From sequence record NC_019521.1: DNA of 64,000 nt. One strand, written 5' to 3'. This document shows, piece by piece, positions 57,101 to 63,966 of this stretch; the stretch's first letter is position 1, and the number at the start of each line of letters is the position of its first letter. The position numbers were made by a program, and so were the translations under genes. The notes below the pieces were generated by a model, which searched no databases, had not been told where the DNA came from, and worked only from the letters and a program-made list of their open reading frames with translations.

Positions 57101-58103
57101 AGAAATCGATTCGATTATCGAAAAGGTCAAAGAGTCTAAGAAAGTTATTGACGCTATCGAAAGTTATAAGATTAGAAAAACCTCTTATGATGGGTTCAAT
57201 CAAACTACTATCGATACAATCTCTCGTAAATCGGATCAGGTTGAAGAGATTAATGGAAAGATTTCGATAGTTAAGAAACAAAAACTTGATTACGATACTA
57301 AATCGAAATCGTTAGTTGATCTGAAATTAAAGGTTCCAGAGTTAACAAACATAATCGAAAATCTTAAATCGAAACTTGAAAGATTCAAATCTGATCTCGA
57401 AAAGATGTATCAGAATAAGGAAGTTCAGGAAAAGATAAAACTTCAAGAATTGTATTTGTCACAGATGGAATCGAATCTTAACGAAACTGTTGAAAATCTA
57501 CAAATGTATATCAGGAAAGTTGAAAACGCTACTAACAGTATCAATGATTTAGAAACTGACATACAAGATTCGATTAACTATCGTGTTATGGAATCATCGT
57601 TAGCGATATACAAAACTTTCATAGGTAAATCTGGATTGAATAAATTGATATTCGATGCAGTTTCTAAGAAGTTGAATCTTCATATGAACGATTTACTTAA
57701 GGATTCACCTTACAAGTTAGCTTTCGTAAACGGTGTTCTACATCTTATCGATTCGACTAATATCGAAACTCCTGTAACAAGAACAGCTCCAGCTTTCTCA
57801 GGTATGCAAATCATACTTGGTGGATTATCATTATTCTACGTTTTACGAAATGCTTCATTAGGTACGAAATATGATTGTGTATTTATTGATGAGATTTCAG
57901 GACCTTTGAATGACGGTAAGGAATTAACATACAAAGCTATAAATTACAAACAGTTACTAATCGATATGATAGCTAAAATGAGAGAATCTTCAAAGGTTTT
58001 CATTGTAGATCATTATCTGGATTTTTACGATGGTTCTATTCTTGAAGTTTATCCTTCTAATGATGGATCGAATATCAAGGAAATCTTAGTTCCACAAGCT
58101 TAA
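54198..58103 (+). CDS. Fused SbcD-SbcC (Mre11-Rad50; T4 gp47-gp46-like) nuclease-ATPase
   Basis: LHLSDIQ, SGDIFE, SGNHD, AGHIH (phosphoesterase). GTNGIGKT (Walker A), long coiled coil with CKTC hook, FSGMQ signature, FIDE, IVDH. Confidence 0.92.
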   Translation: MLKILHLSDIQIEIRRNSQRYDEYASALEEVISYAKSNLDISKVVLSGDIFEFCAVTDTERVMFIRFIKTLESIETINEIVITSGNHDLKQRFNDINISGVSVIENSVMDSLHESFKESSKIKVLTKSGFYPSNTVGLNWGAWAHEHKFDGNIENYSPWEREVVIEPKNVIEIYHDNFAGAMNFNGLIQKGCEDAKSFDMFKAKTILAGHIHNPQQFKSDSNQTFTYASSLVMRDFGEGDYYLNGNRTVKGLQNHGFYVHTIDTNDYSTVSSEFIPVDCYTTRATFLIDKNFNWETINDLRLDYVSKYKNMLRIVVTGNESKYHEKSAEILQAISRNVPNLEVSIDIDSSNIFSETSEDLDLELDKLVTEEQILDIAIPFIKRRIRSTKRILEEDKDNAETTTIELFKTQLLKLRKTIERNHITFHNLTVSNFLSFEDNVNIDFSKLRSLVKISGTNGIGKTNIMKTLKWIVDDLIDGSQARNSVNQNALDVFNDKRLDTNLVESTFVFSRNGKKYTLKKSIERFFKSRSKDITVHNWKEHIKNLTISKELLIQSSNSEETLTDLDLIQNELREIFGSVHDMEALLFTNANSLERLVKSNPDVLADQIMHHLGLRYFQDMSNDYENVRTEKLKTLSKPSKSIEAMVLELEDFKETKTNGSNIVKSLTEQKEIDSLKIATKHSEINELRETLHQVENPEMLETNIESTSKDIETKTNDLELVHTGMKTLSDALALDYKNFDAIIDEYNSEIKTIENEISELNNSVKLEASNLETEKQKVLTITESVKSEMNSEINNRYSSKTETLNSELKSKENEKNTVLTLLREAKHEFELKRNQKKSEFETSLSDAKKKAETLVELIDTNTGLITVYETATTCKTCGNAITGKALEEIQNRKNECQVKINESRNDLNEVYEAIKIIESELAKPYYSIEPNAWLTENCADNLKLARSLTDTITDIEKQIKEINDEKQKEIDSIIEKVKESKKVIDAIESYKIRKTSYDGFNQTTIDTISRKSDQVEEINGKISIVKKQKLDYDTKSKSLVDLKLKVPELTNIIENLKSKLERFKSDLEKMYQNKEVQEKIKLQELYLSQMESNLNETVENLQMYIRKVENATNSINDLETDIQDSINYRVMESSLAIYKTFIGKSGLNKLIFDAVSKKLNLHMNDLLKDSPYKLAFVNGVLHLIDSTNIETPVTRTAPAFSGMQIILGGLSLFYVLRNASLGTKYDCVFIDEISGPLNDGKELTYKAINYKQLLIDMIAKMRESSKVFIVDHYLDFYDGSILEVYPSNDGSNIKEILVPQA

Positions 58104-58122
58104 TTACAAATTGTTAAAATCT

Positions 58123-58170
58123 GAATCGGTTGTTACAATTAAGTAACAACCGATTCTTGTTTAGTACTAT
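58123..58170 (+). promoter_or_regulatory. Terminator hairpin with embedded class I promoter, family D copy 2
   Basis: GAATCGGTTGTTAC-AATTAA-GTAACAACCGATTC. AGTAAC 58142, N14, TAGTACTAT 58162. Confidence 0.78.
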
Positions 58171-58188
58171 ATTCTAAATCAAACAGAT

Positions 58189-58518
58189 ATGCATTATACG
58201 ATATTACTAATTTTGAATATTATTCTAATCGGTATAGTAGTTCATACTATTTCTAGTAATAAGCTAAGTATCAAAATAAAGAGAAATTTGAATAGAGAAT
58301 TCATAACATTTTCTATTACTGTAATATTAGCTTTGATATTTTTCTATCCATGGAAAGAACTTCATATGATAGAAAACGAAATCGATAAAACTTCGAAATT
58401 ATTTGATACTTTCGTTATTTATACGATCTTGTATTTTGTTATGCAGTCATTAGCTATAGTATCGTTTCTATTCTTTCAGTTACAATTACAGTATCTAAAA
58501 TCTAGAAAAATAAAATAA
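58189..58518 (+). CDS. Membrane protein (3 TM), holin/antiholin candidate
   Basis: Three hydrophobic helices and a basic C-terminal tail, upstream of the spanin-like pair. Confidence 0.55.
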   Translation: MHYTILLILNIILIGIVVHTISSNKLSIKIKRNLNREFITFSITVILALIFFYPWKELHMIENEIDKTSKLFDTFVIYTILYFVMQSLAIVSFLFFQLQLQYLKSRKIK

Positions 58519-58524
58519 TACATA
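58517..58524 (+). promoter_or_regulatory. Putative late promoter AATACATA
   Basis: 6 nt before ATG 58531. Confidence 0.5.
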
Positions 58525-58530
58525 TTTCAT

Positions 58531-58707
58531 ATGGATTCGATAACAAATTTTTCGATAATACTTTTCCTGCTGATCTTCATATCAGTGGTAATACTCCTAC
58601 TAGTCGATAGAATACCTTTCAAATTGAGAGTAATTCTATTATTACAGATTATCTTCTATTCGTTATTCATGCTATTCCATATCTTATTTCTAACAAAGAC
58701 ATTATAA
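58531..58707 (+). CDS. 58-aa two-TM protein, holin candidate (not in ORF track)
   Basis: MDSITNFSIILFLLIFISVVILLLVDRIPFKLRVILLLQIIFYSLFMLFHILFLTKTL fills the gap exactly. Confidence 0.6.
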   Translation: MDSITNFSIILFLLIFISVVILLLVDRIPFKLRVILLLQIIFYSLFMLFHILFLTKTL

Positions 58708-58711
58708 AACA

Positions 58712-59185
58712 ATGACACAATTCATTAACTATCTATCTAGTATAGATTACGAAATCTATATAGGTTACGTATACATGCTAGCATTAATCGGTATTACTAC
58801 TGTATTCTTTACAAAGAATCCCACAAAACTTATAGCTTTCATTTTAACTATATCGTTACTTTTCGTTTCAATGTTCCTATTATCAGATAACATTAAGAAA
58901 ACAGTTTCTAACGTTAAAGAACTAGAAATTAAAAACGATTCATTAAATAACTTGAATTCAGTAATACAAAATAGCAACGATTCATTAACATTGATTATTG
59001 ACAAACTTGCTATAAGAGTTGATTCAGTCGACAAAGTTATATTACGTTACAAAGAAATCATCAAACAAAATAAACAAATAAACAATGAAAAAATTATCGC
59101 TATTGATACTTTCGATTCTGATGACATTGACAGCTTCTTCTCAGATTACGAAAAACGATACTACAATATCTTTATTAAACCTTAA
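58712..59185 (+). CDS. i-spanin-like protein
   Basis: N-terminal TM helices, long coiled coil, acidic tail overlapping the next gene by 101 nt. Confidence 0.55.
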   Translation: MTQFINYLSSIDYEIYIGYVYMLALIGITTVFFTKNPTKLIAFILTISLLFVSMFLLSDNIKKTVSNVKELEIKNDSLNNLNSVIQNSNDSLTLIIDKLAIRVDSVDKVILRYKEIIKQNKQINNEKIIAIDTFDSDDIDSFFSDYEKRYYNIFIKP

Positions 59186-59543
59186 ACCAAAAACAATTAC
59201 GTATTACGATACAACTTACAAAGCTTTCACTTTAGAACAAACTAGAGAAATCGTTAAAGAATTAGCAACTCTTGAGTATCTAGCTTGGGAAAACGATCTA
59301 AGGGAAAATTGGATTACAGATTTAGAAGGTACAGTAGCTGATCAAAATACAATGATAAATCTTTATAAACAGAAATCAAGTAATTATCAGAGTATTATTT
59401 CCAATCAACAGAATATCATAAAGAACAAGGATAATATTATACATATTCATCAAAATACTATTAAACGTAAGAATAAGATAATGATCCTTGGTACTACAGT
59501 TAGTATAGCTGCAATCGTTGGTATCTTATTCGTAGTAAAATAA
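59085..59543 (+). CDS. Exported coiled-coil protein with C-terminal TM (non-lipoprotein spanin partner candidate)
   Basis: MKKLSLLILSILMTLTASS|Q signal, no Cys, C-terminal IMILGTTVSIAAIVGILFVVK. Confidence 0.55.
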   Translation: MKKLSLLILSILMTLTASSQITKNDTTISLLNLKPKTITYYDTTYKAFTLEQTREIVKELATLEYLAWENDLRENWITDLEGTVADQNTMINLYKQKSSNYQSIISNQQNIIKNKDNIIHIHQNTIKRKNKIMILGTTVSIAAIVGILFVVK

Positions 59544-59547
59544 GAAT

Positions 59548-60411
59548 ATGAAACAGAACAAAGAACTTTTTACAGAAATACGGACCATTTTCTGGGACAC
59601 TTCACAAGCTTATAATGCTAAACATAAGTTAGATTTATTAGGACCTGTCTGGTTTAACGCTTATGACATTATCGCAGCACATACACCGGAAGTTGATTTT
59701 GATGCTGTTGCTGAAAAATGTGCAAGAACTCATACGAAACCTACTGACAAATACTATGGTATGTCAAAGGAAGAAATTCTTACACAATGGAGAACTAAAT
59801 CTGACAAAGGTGCTAAATCTGGAAACGATTTAGATGCTTATAATCAAGCTCTATTTCATGATAAACCTTTACCTGAATTAGACTTAGAACTTGATATCGA
59901 AACTCTTGAGAAATATCGTAAGTTAAGAATTAACGCTGATACTTTCTATTCTAAATTGAATCAAAATCCAGCAGTTGAACTTGTAAATACTGAAGTTTGG
60001 GTAAACGAACCATTGTTTGGATTCCGTGGTAAAATGGATTTACTTCTTAACAATACATCAGCTGAATCATTATTGATAGTCGATCATAAGCAGAACGAAT
60101 TCATTTCAACAACTAACGCTTATGGTAAATTCATGACAGGTTGTCTAAGTATGTTACCCGAAACTGACTTGAATAAAATGACACTTCAACTTTACGCATA
60201 TCGATATGCTATAGAAGAGGTTGCTAAAAAGAAAGTTGGTTCCACTGCTTTAGCACATAACACCGTAAATGCTTTCAATTTGATTAGACCTACTTTCGAT
60301 TATTCTAAAGAAATGATGGAACGTATTTTTAATGACACCCGTGAATACGTTGTTAAGAAACGTAAAGCTGCTTATGATGCTAAGTTTAACGAAAATAATC
60401 AACCATTGTAA
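59548..60411 (+). CDS. PD-(D/E)xK exonuclease (RecB/Cas4-like superfamily)
   Basis: TEVWV, GFRGKMDLL, IVDHK, QLYAY motifs. Confidence 0.8.
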   Translation: MKQNKELFTEIRTIFWDTSQAYNAKHKLDLLGPVWFNAYDIIAAHTPEVDFDAVAEKCARTHTKPTDKYYGMSKEEILTQWRTKSDKGAKSGNDLDAYNQALFHDKPLPELDLELDIETLEKYRKLRINADTFYSKLNQNPAVELVNTEVWVNEPLFGFRGKMDLLLNNTSAESLLIVDHKQNEFISTTNAYGKFMTGCLSMLPETDLNKMTLQLYAYRYAIEEVAKKKVGSTALAHNTVNAFNLIRPTFDYSKEMMERIFNDTREYVVKKRKAAYDAKFNENNQPL

Positions 60412-60413
60412 AT

Positions 60414-60755
60414 ATGACATACAAAGATTTCGAAAAGATTATTAGTGTTTGGAAGGAAGACACTATTAACTATATTGCTATTACTAAGAAGCTTGGAGAA
60501 CTAGGTGTTCATCCTTCCAATTTACAAGATGTTTCGAATCCTTCAAGCATTAAGAAACATTTGATAGCTTATCTGATAACTAAATGTCGTGTAACATATT
60601 CAAGTGATTTAGTTTCGATCTATAGTTCTAAGACTATGGGATTCATCGTATACGATAAGAAGAACAATTTCATTTTCATTGATGAAATCATGATTAACGC
60701 ATTCGATCTTAGAAATCTTCCAAACGAAAAAGAATTCTATAGGAAGCTTATGTAA
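60414..60755 (+). CDS. Hypothetical protein
   Basis: 113-aa ORF. Confidence 0.7.
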   Translation: MTYKDFEKIISVWKEDTINYIAITKKLGELGVHPSNLQDVSNPSSIKKHLIAYLITKCRVTYSSDLVSIYSSKTMGFIVYDKKNNFIFIDEIMINAFDLRNLPNEKEFYRKLM

Positions 60756-60758
60756 TAC

Positions 60759-60787
60759 TGAAACATATTTCATTCGTTGAGTATAAT
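60759..60787 (+). promoter_or_regulatory. Class I promoter
   Basis: TGAAAC-N14-GAGTATAAT. Confidence 0.75.
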
Positions 60788-60823
60788 ATAAACATATCAA
60801 TATTTAAATTATACTCAACGAAC

Positions 60824-61654
60824 ATGAAATCAATTATTTCGAAAGTACTTAAGGTAGCTGAAACAGCCCAACCTAGAAATATCGAAAACGTAATGTTAAA
60901 GGTTCAGGAAGAAGTTGGAGAACTTGCTACTGAAGTTAATGTCAAATCTGGTTTCCTTGGTCAGCATAAAGCTGGAAAGGATGGAATTCTTGGAGAAGCA
61001 TGTGACTCAATCATAGCACTTCTAGATATTATTTATCTTGACAATCCAAATGTCACTGAAGAAGATATAGCAAAAACTATCAAAAAGAAAGTTAAGAAAT
61101 GGGTAAATCGTAATACGAATAACGAATCTAAGAAAGAAAGTGTATTCTCGCATTCTGATTTTCACTACAATATTATCGAAGCTTCTAAACGTAATCGTAT
61201 TGGTAAGTTGAAATTTCAAAATGATATAGTTTTCGAAAGAAATGAAGACGTAGTAACACTTTTTCATGTATCTGTTACTGAAAACAATATGTTCGAACCA
61301 GTTTATAATGAAGAATCTAAACGTATAAATGTTCCAACTGACAAAGAAATTTACTATACTATCGAATTAAGATTCAATCCTAATGATAGTATATCAATCA
61401 TTCTTAATCTTAACTATAACGATGGTAATAGTAATGTAGAAATATTTTCAAGTTTCATAGGTATTTACGAAAACTGTGATAACGTTTTGAATACATTTTT
61501 ATATGAAGAATTTGAAGACGGTATCGTTTCCAGAGAATCTGTAAACGAACTATTGAATTTACAGTTCAATCGTACTAATCATCTTGGTTTTAATGATAAC
61601 GAACTTATCAAATTATTGACACGTTCTATATTTGTTACCAAGACATACGCGTAA
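60824..61654 (+). CDS. MazG-like NTP pyrophosphohydrolase domain plus unknown C-terminal domain
   Basis: LKVQEEVGELATEV and GEACDSII (ExxE...ExxD metal ligands). Confidence 0.75.
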   Translation: MKSIISKVLKVAETAQPRNIENVMLKVQEEVGELATEVNVKSGFLGQHKAGKDGILGEACDSIIALLDIIYLDNPNVTEEDIAKTIKKKVKKWVNRNTNNESKKESVFSHSDFHYNIIEASKRNRIGKLKFQNDIVFERNEDVVTLFHVSVTENNMFEPVYNEESKRINVPTDKEIYYTIELRFNPNDSISIILNLNYNDGNSNVEIFSSFIGIYENCDNVLNTFLYEEFEDGIVSRESVNELLNLQFNRTNHLGFNDNELIKLLTRSIFVTKTYA

Positions 61655-61659
61655 TACAA

Positions 61660-62088
61660 GTGATTAAATTCAAAACTTACAAGGGTGACATAACATATTT
61701 ACCACCTCGTGGTATTTTCGTATTCGGGTCAAATACTGAAGGTCGACATAGTAAAGGAGCTGCATTAACAGCTAAATTGATGTTTGGTGCTGAATATGGG
61801 AACCCTGTAGGAAGACAGGGTCAATCTTATGCTATAATTACGAAAGACCTTACGAAATGTTTTCATCCGTCTGTTTCAAGAATTCATATAGAAAATCAAA
61901 TCCTGGATTTATACGATTATGCTATAGCACATCCTGATTTATTGTTCTTTGTACCTTACAAAGATAATCAAGAAAACTTAAATTATTACACTTCGAAAGA
62001 AATGGCTGATATGTTCAGTAGATGGAAAATTCCAGATAACATGGTTTTCGAGGAATCATTTTCTAAACTTTTAACACAATGCTACTAG
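61660..62088 (+). CDS. A1S_2505-like phage non-structural protein
   Basis: IFVFGSNTEGRHSKGAA...GRQGQSYAI signature, GTG start. Confidence 0.75.
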   Translation: MIKFKTYKGDITYLPPRGIFVFGSNTEGRHSKGAALTAKLMFGAEYGNPVGRQGQSYAIITKDLTKCFHPSVSRIHIENQILDLYDYAIAHPDLLFFVPYKDNQENLNYYTSKEMADMFSRWKIPDNMVFEESFSKLLTQCY

Positions 62089-62357
62089 ACAATAAGAAAG
62101 TATTAGCACCTGTTATTTCATTGATACTTTTTGAATTACTTAAAGAAAAACATTCTGAAGAAATCGATAAGATTTTCCAGATTTCGATAAACAAGATAAA
62201 TCATTTACAATTTATACCTTCAGTTGATTCTAGAGTAACTGTTCAATTCGATTATACGATAGCATATAAGGAAAATTGGCCTGAAAATAAACGTAAATTA
62301 AATGGTCTGGAATACGTTCAAATTCTTGATTTATTAGCATATATTGTAGGATCATGA
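62079..62357 (+). CDS. Hypothetical protein
   Basis: 92-aa ORF. Confidence 0.65.
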   Translation: MLLDNKKVLAPVISLILFELLKEKHSEEIDKIFQISINKINHLQFIPSVDSRVTVQFDYTIAYKENWPENKRKLNGLEYVQILDLLAYIVGS

Positions 62358-62641
62358 CAAAAGGATTTAAACTATTAGAAAAGGCTGATTTGGATCAAAT
62401 TAAATCTGACAAATCTGCTAACAAATTACTTGACTATATCAAGAAACATGTTCATAACGAAACTGGTCCAGATTTCGAGCTTCAAGAATTCATTGACAAT
62501 TTAGGAATCTGTTATCAACAAGCTGACGGATTTGTTTTGACTGATGGTTCTAGAAAGAATTATTCGGTTCCTTCTATTCTATCACATATCGATAGAACTG
62601 GTGAAATATCAATTACTGAACTTACAAATAATAGCATATAA
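62354..62641 (+). CDS. Hypothetical protein
   Basis: 95-aa ORF, ATGA overlap. Confidence 0.7.
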   Translation: MTKGFKLLEKADLDQIKSDKSANKLLDYIKKHVHNETGPDFELQEFIDNLGICYQQADGFVLTDGSRKNYSVPSILSHIDRTGEISITELTNNSI

Positions 62642-62961
62642 TGAAATTCGATCCTCAAATATACACAGTTTACACTTCTAATGAAGACTGTAAGGTAAAA
62701 ATTTCGTACATGATAAAAGTTTACTTGTACGAAATGTCATTATTCGGTTTAATGAAAACTTTGAAACAGAAAAAGGAGCTATTCTTATGTAAGAATGGTG
62801 ACGAAATTGTTCCATTACGTTTCGAAACGTTAGAAGAAGCTTTCAGATTCAAACGTGATTTAAACGATAAAGAAATAACATTGTATCAAGCTGACAAAAG
62901 TGATACATATTTTGTAAAAGAATTAGACATATTGTCATATTATAACTTTATAAACAACTAA
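62641..62961 (+). CDS. Hypothetical protein
   Basis: 106-aa ORF. Confidence 0.7.
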   Translation: MKFDPQIYTVYTSNEDCKVKISYMIKVYLYEMSLFGLMKTLKQKKELFLCKNGDEIVPLRFETLEEAFRFKRDLNDKEITLYQADKSDTYFVKELDILSYYNFINN

Positions 62962-63007
62962 TTATGAAAAAGAAACTAGACAGGCTTTAGTACTAAACTA
63001 AAGCAAA

Positions 63008-63181
63008 ATGAAAATAGATAAATTCGAAACGAATCCAAAGGCTATTCGTTTACATAACAAAAGATTTCAAAGATGTGAATACTGTCCACCTAATAAGGGT
63101 TGTAACGTTCAAAGGGATAATGACTATAAAGGTTGGAAATTCTGGAACAAGACAAGAAAACAGTATCAACGTCATAACTAA
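63008..63181 (+). CDS. 57-aa basic Cys-motif protein (not in ORF track)
   Basis: MKIDKFETNPKAIRLHNKRFQRCEYCPPNKGCNVQRDNDYKGWKFWNKTRKQYQRHN. The stop abuts the next hairpin. Confidence 0.7.
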   Translation: MKIDKFETNPKAIRLHNKRFQRCEYCPPNKGCNVQRDNDYKGWKFWNKTRKQYQRHN

Positions 63182-63225
63182 AAGAAAGCTCGTTAATGAA
63201 ACTTAACGAGCTTTCTTAGTATAAT
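63182..63225 (+). promoter_or_regulatory. Hairpin-embedded class I promoter; loop is exactly TGAAAC
   Basis: AAGAAAGCTCGTTAA-TGAAAC-TTAACGAGCTTTCTT. TAGTATAAT 63217-63225. Confidence 0.88.
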
Positions 63226-63250
63226 ATTACTTTAACAAATCATATCAATT

Positions 63251-63463
63251 ATGAAAACTGAATTTCAAGAAGCTGTTAAACAAGAATTAGAAAACCTTCT
63301 AAACGATAAAGAAACACTCAAGTCAATTTTACAAGATAGATTAACTATCGAAACTGAGAAAGAAACAAGTTACGGATTTCATAGTGATTCTAATCATGTG
63401 ACAGTAAAACTTAGATTAGATGGTGAAGTTATATCATCAGATTCGTTTCTTATACGAACTTAA
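63251..63463 (+). CDS. Small hypothetical protein
   Basis: 70-aa single-gene unit between two promoters. Confidence 0.7.
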   Translation: MKTEFQEAVKQELENLLNDKETLKSILQDRLTIETEKETSYGFHSDSNHVTVKLRLDGEVISSDSFLIRT

Positions 63464-63472
63464 AAATAATTG

Positions 63473-63510
63473 TTCAGAAACTGAAACTTTTGATAAAACT
63501 GTAGTACTAT
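63473..63510 (+). repeat. Class I promoter, family C copy 1 (34-nt direct repeat)
   Basis: TTCAGAAACTGAAACTTTTGATAAAACTGTAGTA identical to 63904-63937. TAGTACTAT 63502. Confidence 0.85.
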
Positions 63511-63529
63511 ACATTTAAATCAAAATCAT

Positions 63530-63880
63530 ATGTCAACTGTATATATCATTCAATATTCGACAAATCGTTACAACTTACATAAAATCTCTCCAGTAGATTT
63601 TGACGGTTTCGGTTTTCTTAGAGCATGTAATATCGATATTCCGAGCTTGATGAAAGCTGGTTTCAAATCGATTCGTTCTTTAATCAAAGAATCTTCAGAG
63701 AATGGGAAATCTTTAGTTTCATTGAAACTTAACAGATCGATTCCTAAATCGGTTGTCAAAAGTCTTGAAGAAAAATCTAACAGTTTCTCAGTCCCTTATT
63801 GTGAGATTTGCATTGAACATGAAATTGATGGTGAAATCTTCAAAGCTTATTTCAAAATAACTAAATCTCGTTTAAAATAG
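63530..63880 (+). CDS. Hypothetical protein
   Basis: 116-aa ORF flanked by family C repeats. Confidence 0.7.
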   Translation: MSTVYIIQYSTNRYNLHKISPVDFDGFGFLRACNIDIPSLMKAGFKSIRSLIKESSENGKSLVSLKLNRSIPKSVVKSLEEKSNSFSVPYCEICIEHEIDGEIFKAYFKITKSRLK

Positions 63881-63903
63881 TTTCATTTATTTGAAACTTT
63901 TTA

Positions 63904-63941
63904 TTCAGAAACTGAAACTTTTGATAAAACTGTAGTATAAT
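63904..63941 (+). repeat. Class I promoter, family C copy 2
   Basis: TGAAAC 63913, TAGTATAAT 63933. Confidence 0.85.
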
Positions 63942-63958
63942 ATATACAAATAAATCAT

Positions 63959-63966
63959 TATACATA
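63959..63966 (+). promoter_or_regulatory. Putative late promoter TATACATA
   Basis: Intergenic match at the window end. Downstream gene not visible. Confidence 0.4.

Noticed and set aside
59548-60411. Nuclease as a Cas4 adaptation protein
   Set aside because: It lacks the four-Cys Fe-S cluster of Cas4 and has no CRISPR context. A generic phage exonuclease fits better.
62964-62990. 8-codon ORF MKKKLDRL as leader peptide or second amber read-through case
   Set aside because: A TAA follows two codons after the TAG and the frame differs from ORF 63008, so there is nothing to read into.
2945-63759. All minus-strand ORFs in the track (60-119 aa)
   Set aside because: Almost all lie antisense within longer + strand genes, none has recognisable motifs, and I saw no promoter motif on the minus strand. 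They are shadow ORFs.
4571-63941. Hairpins as integron attC sites
   Set aside because: No integrase in the window, no RYYYAAC/GTTRRRY ends or extrahelical bases, and many units hold several genes.
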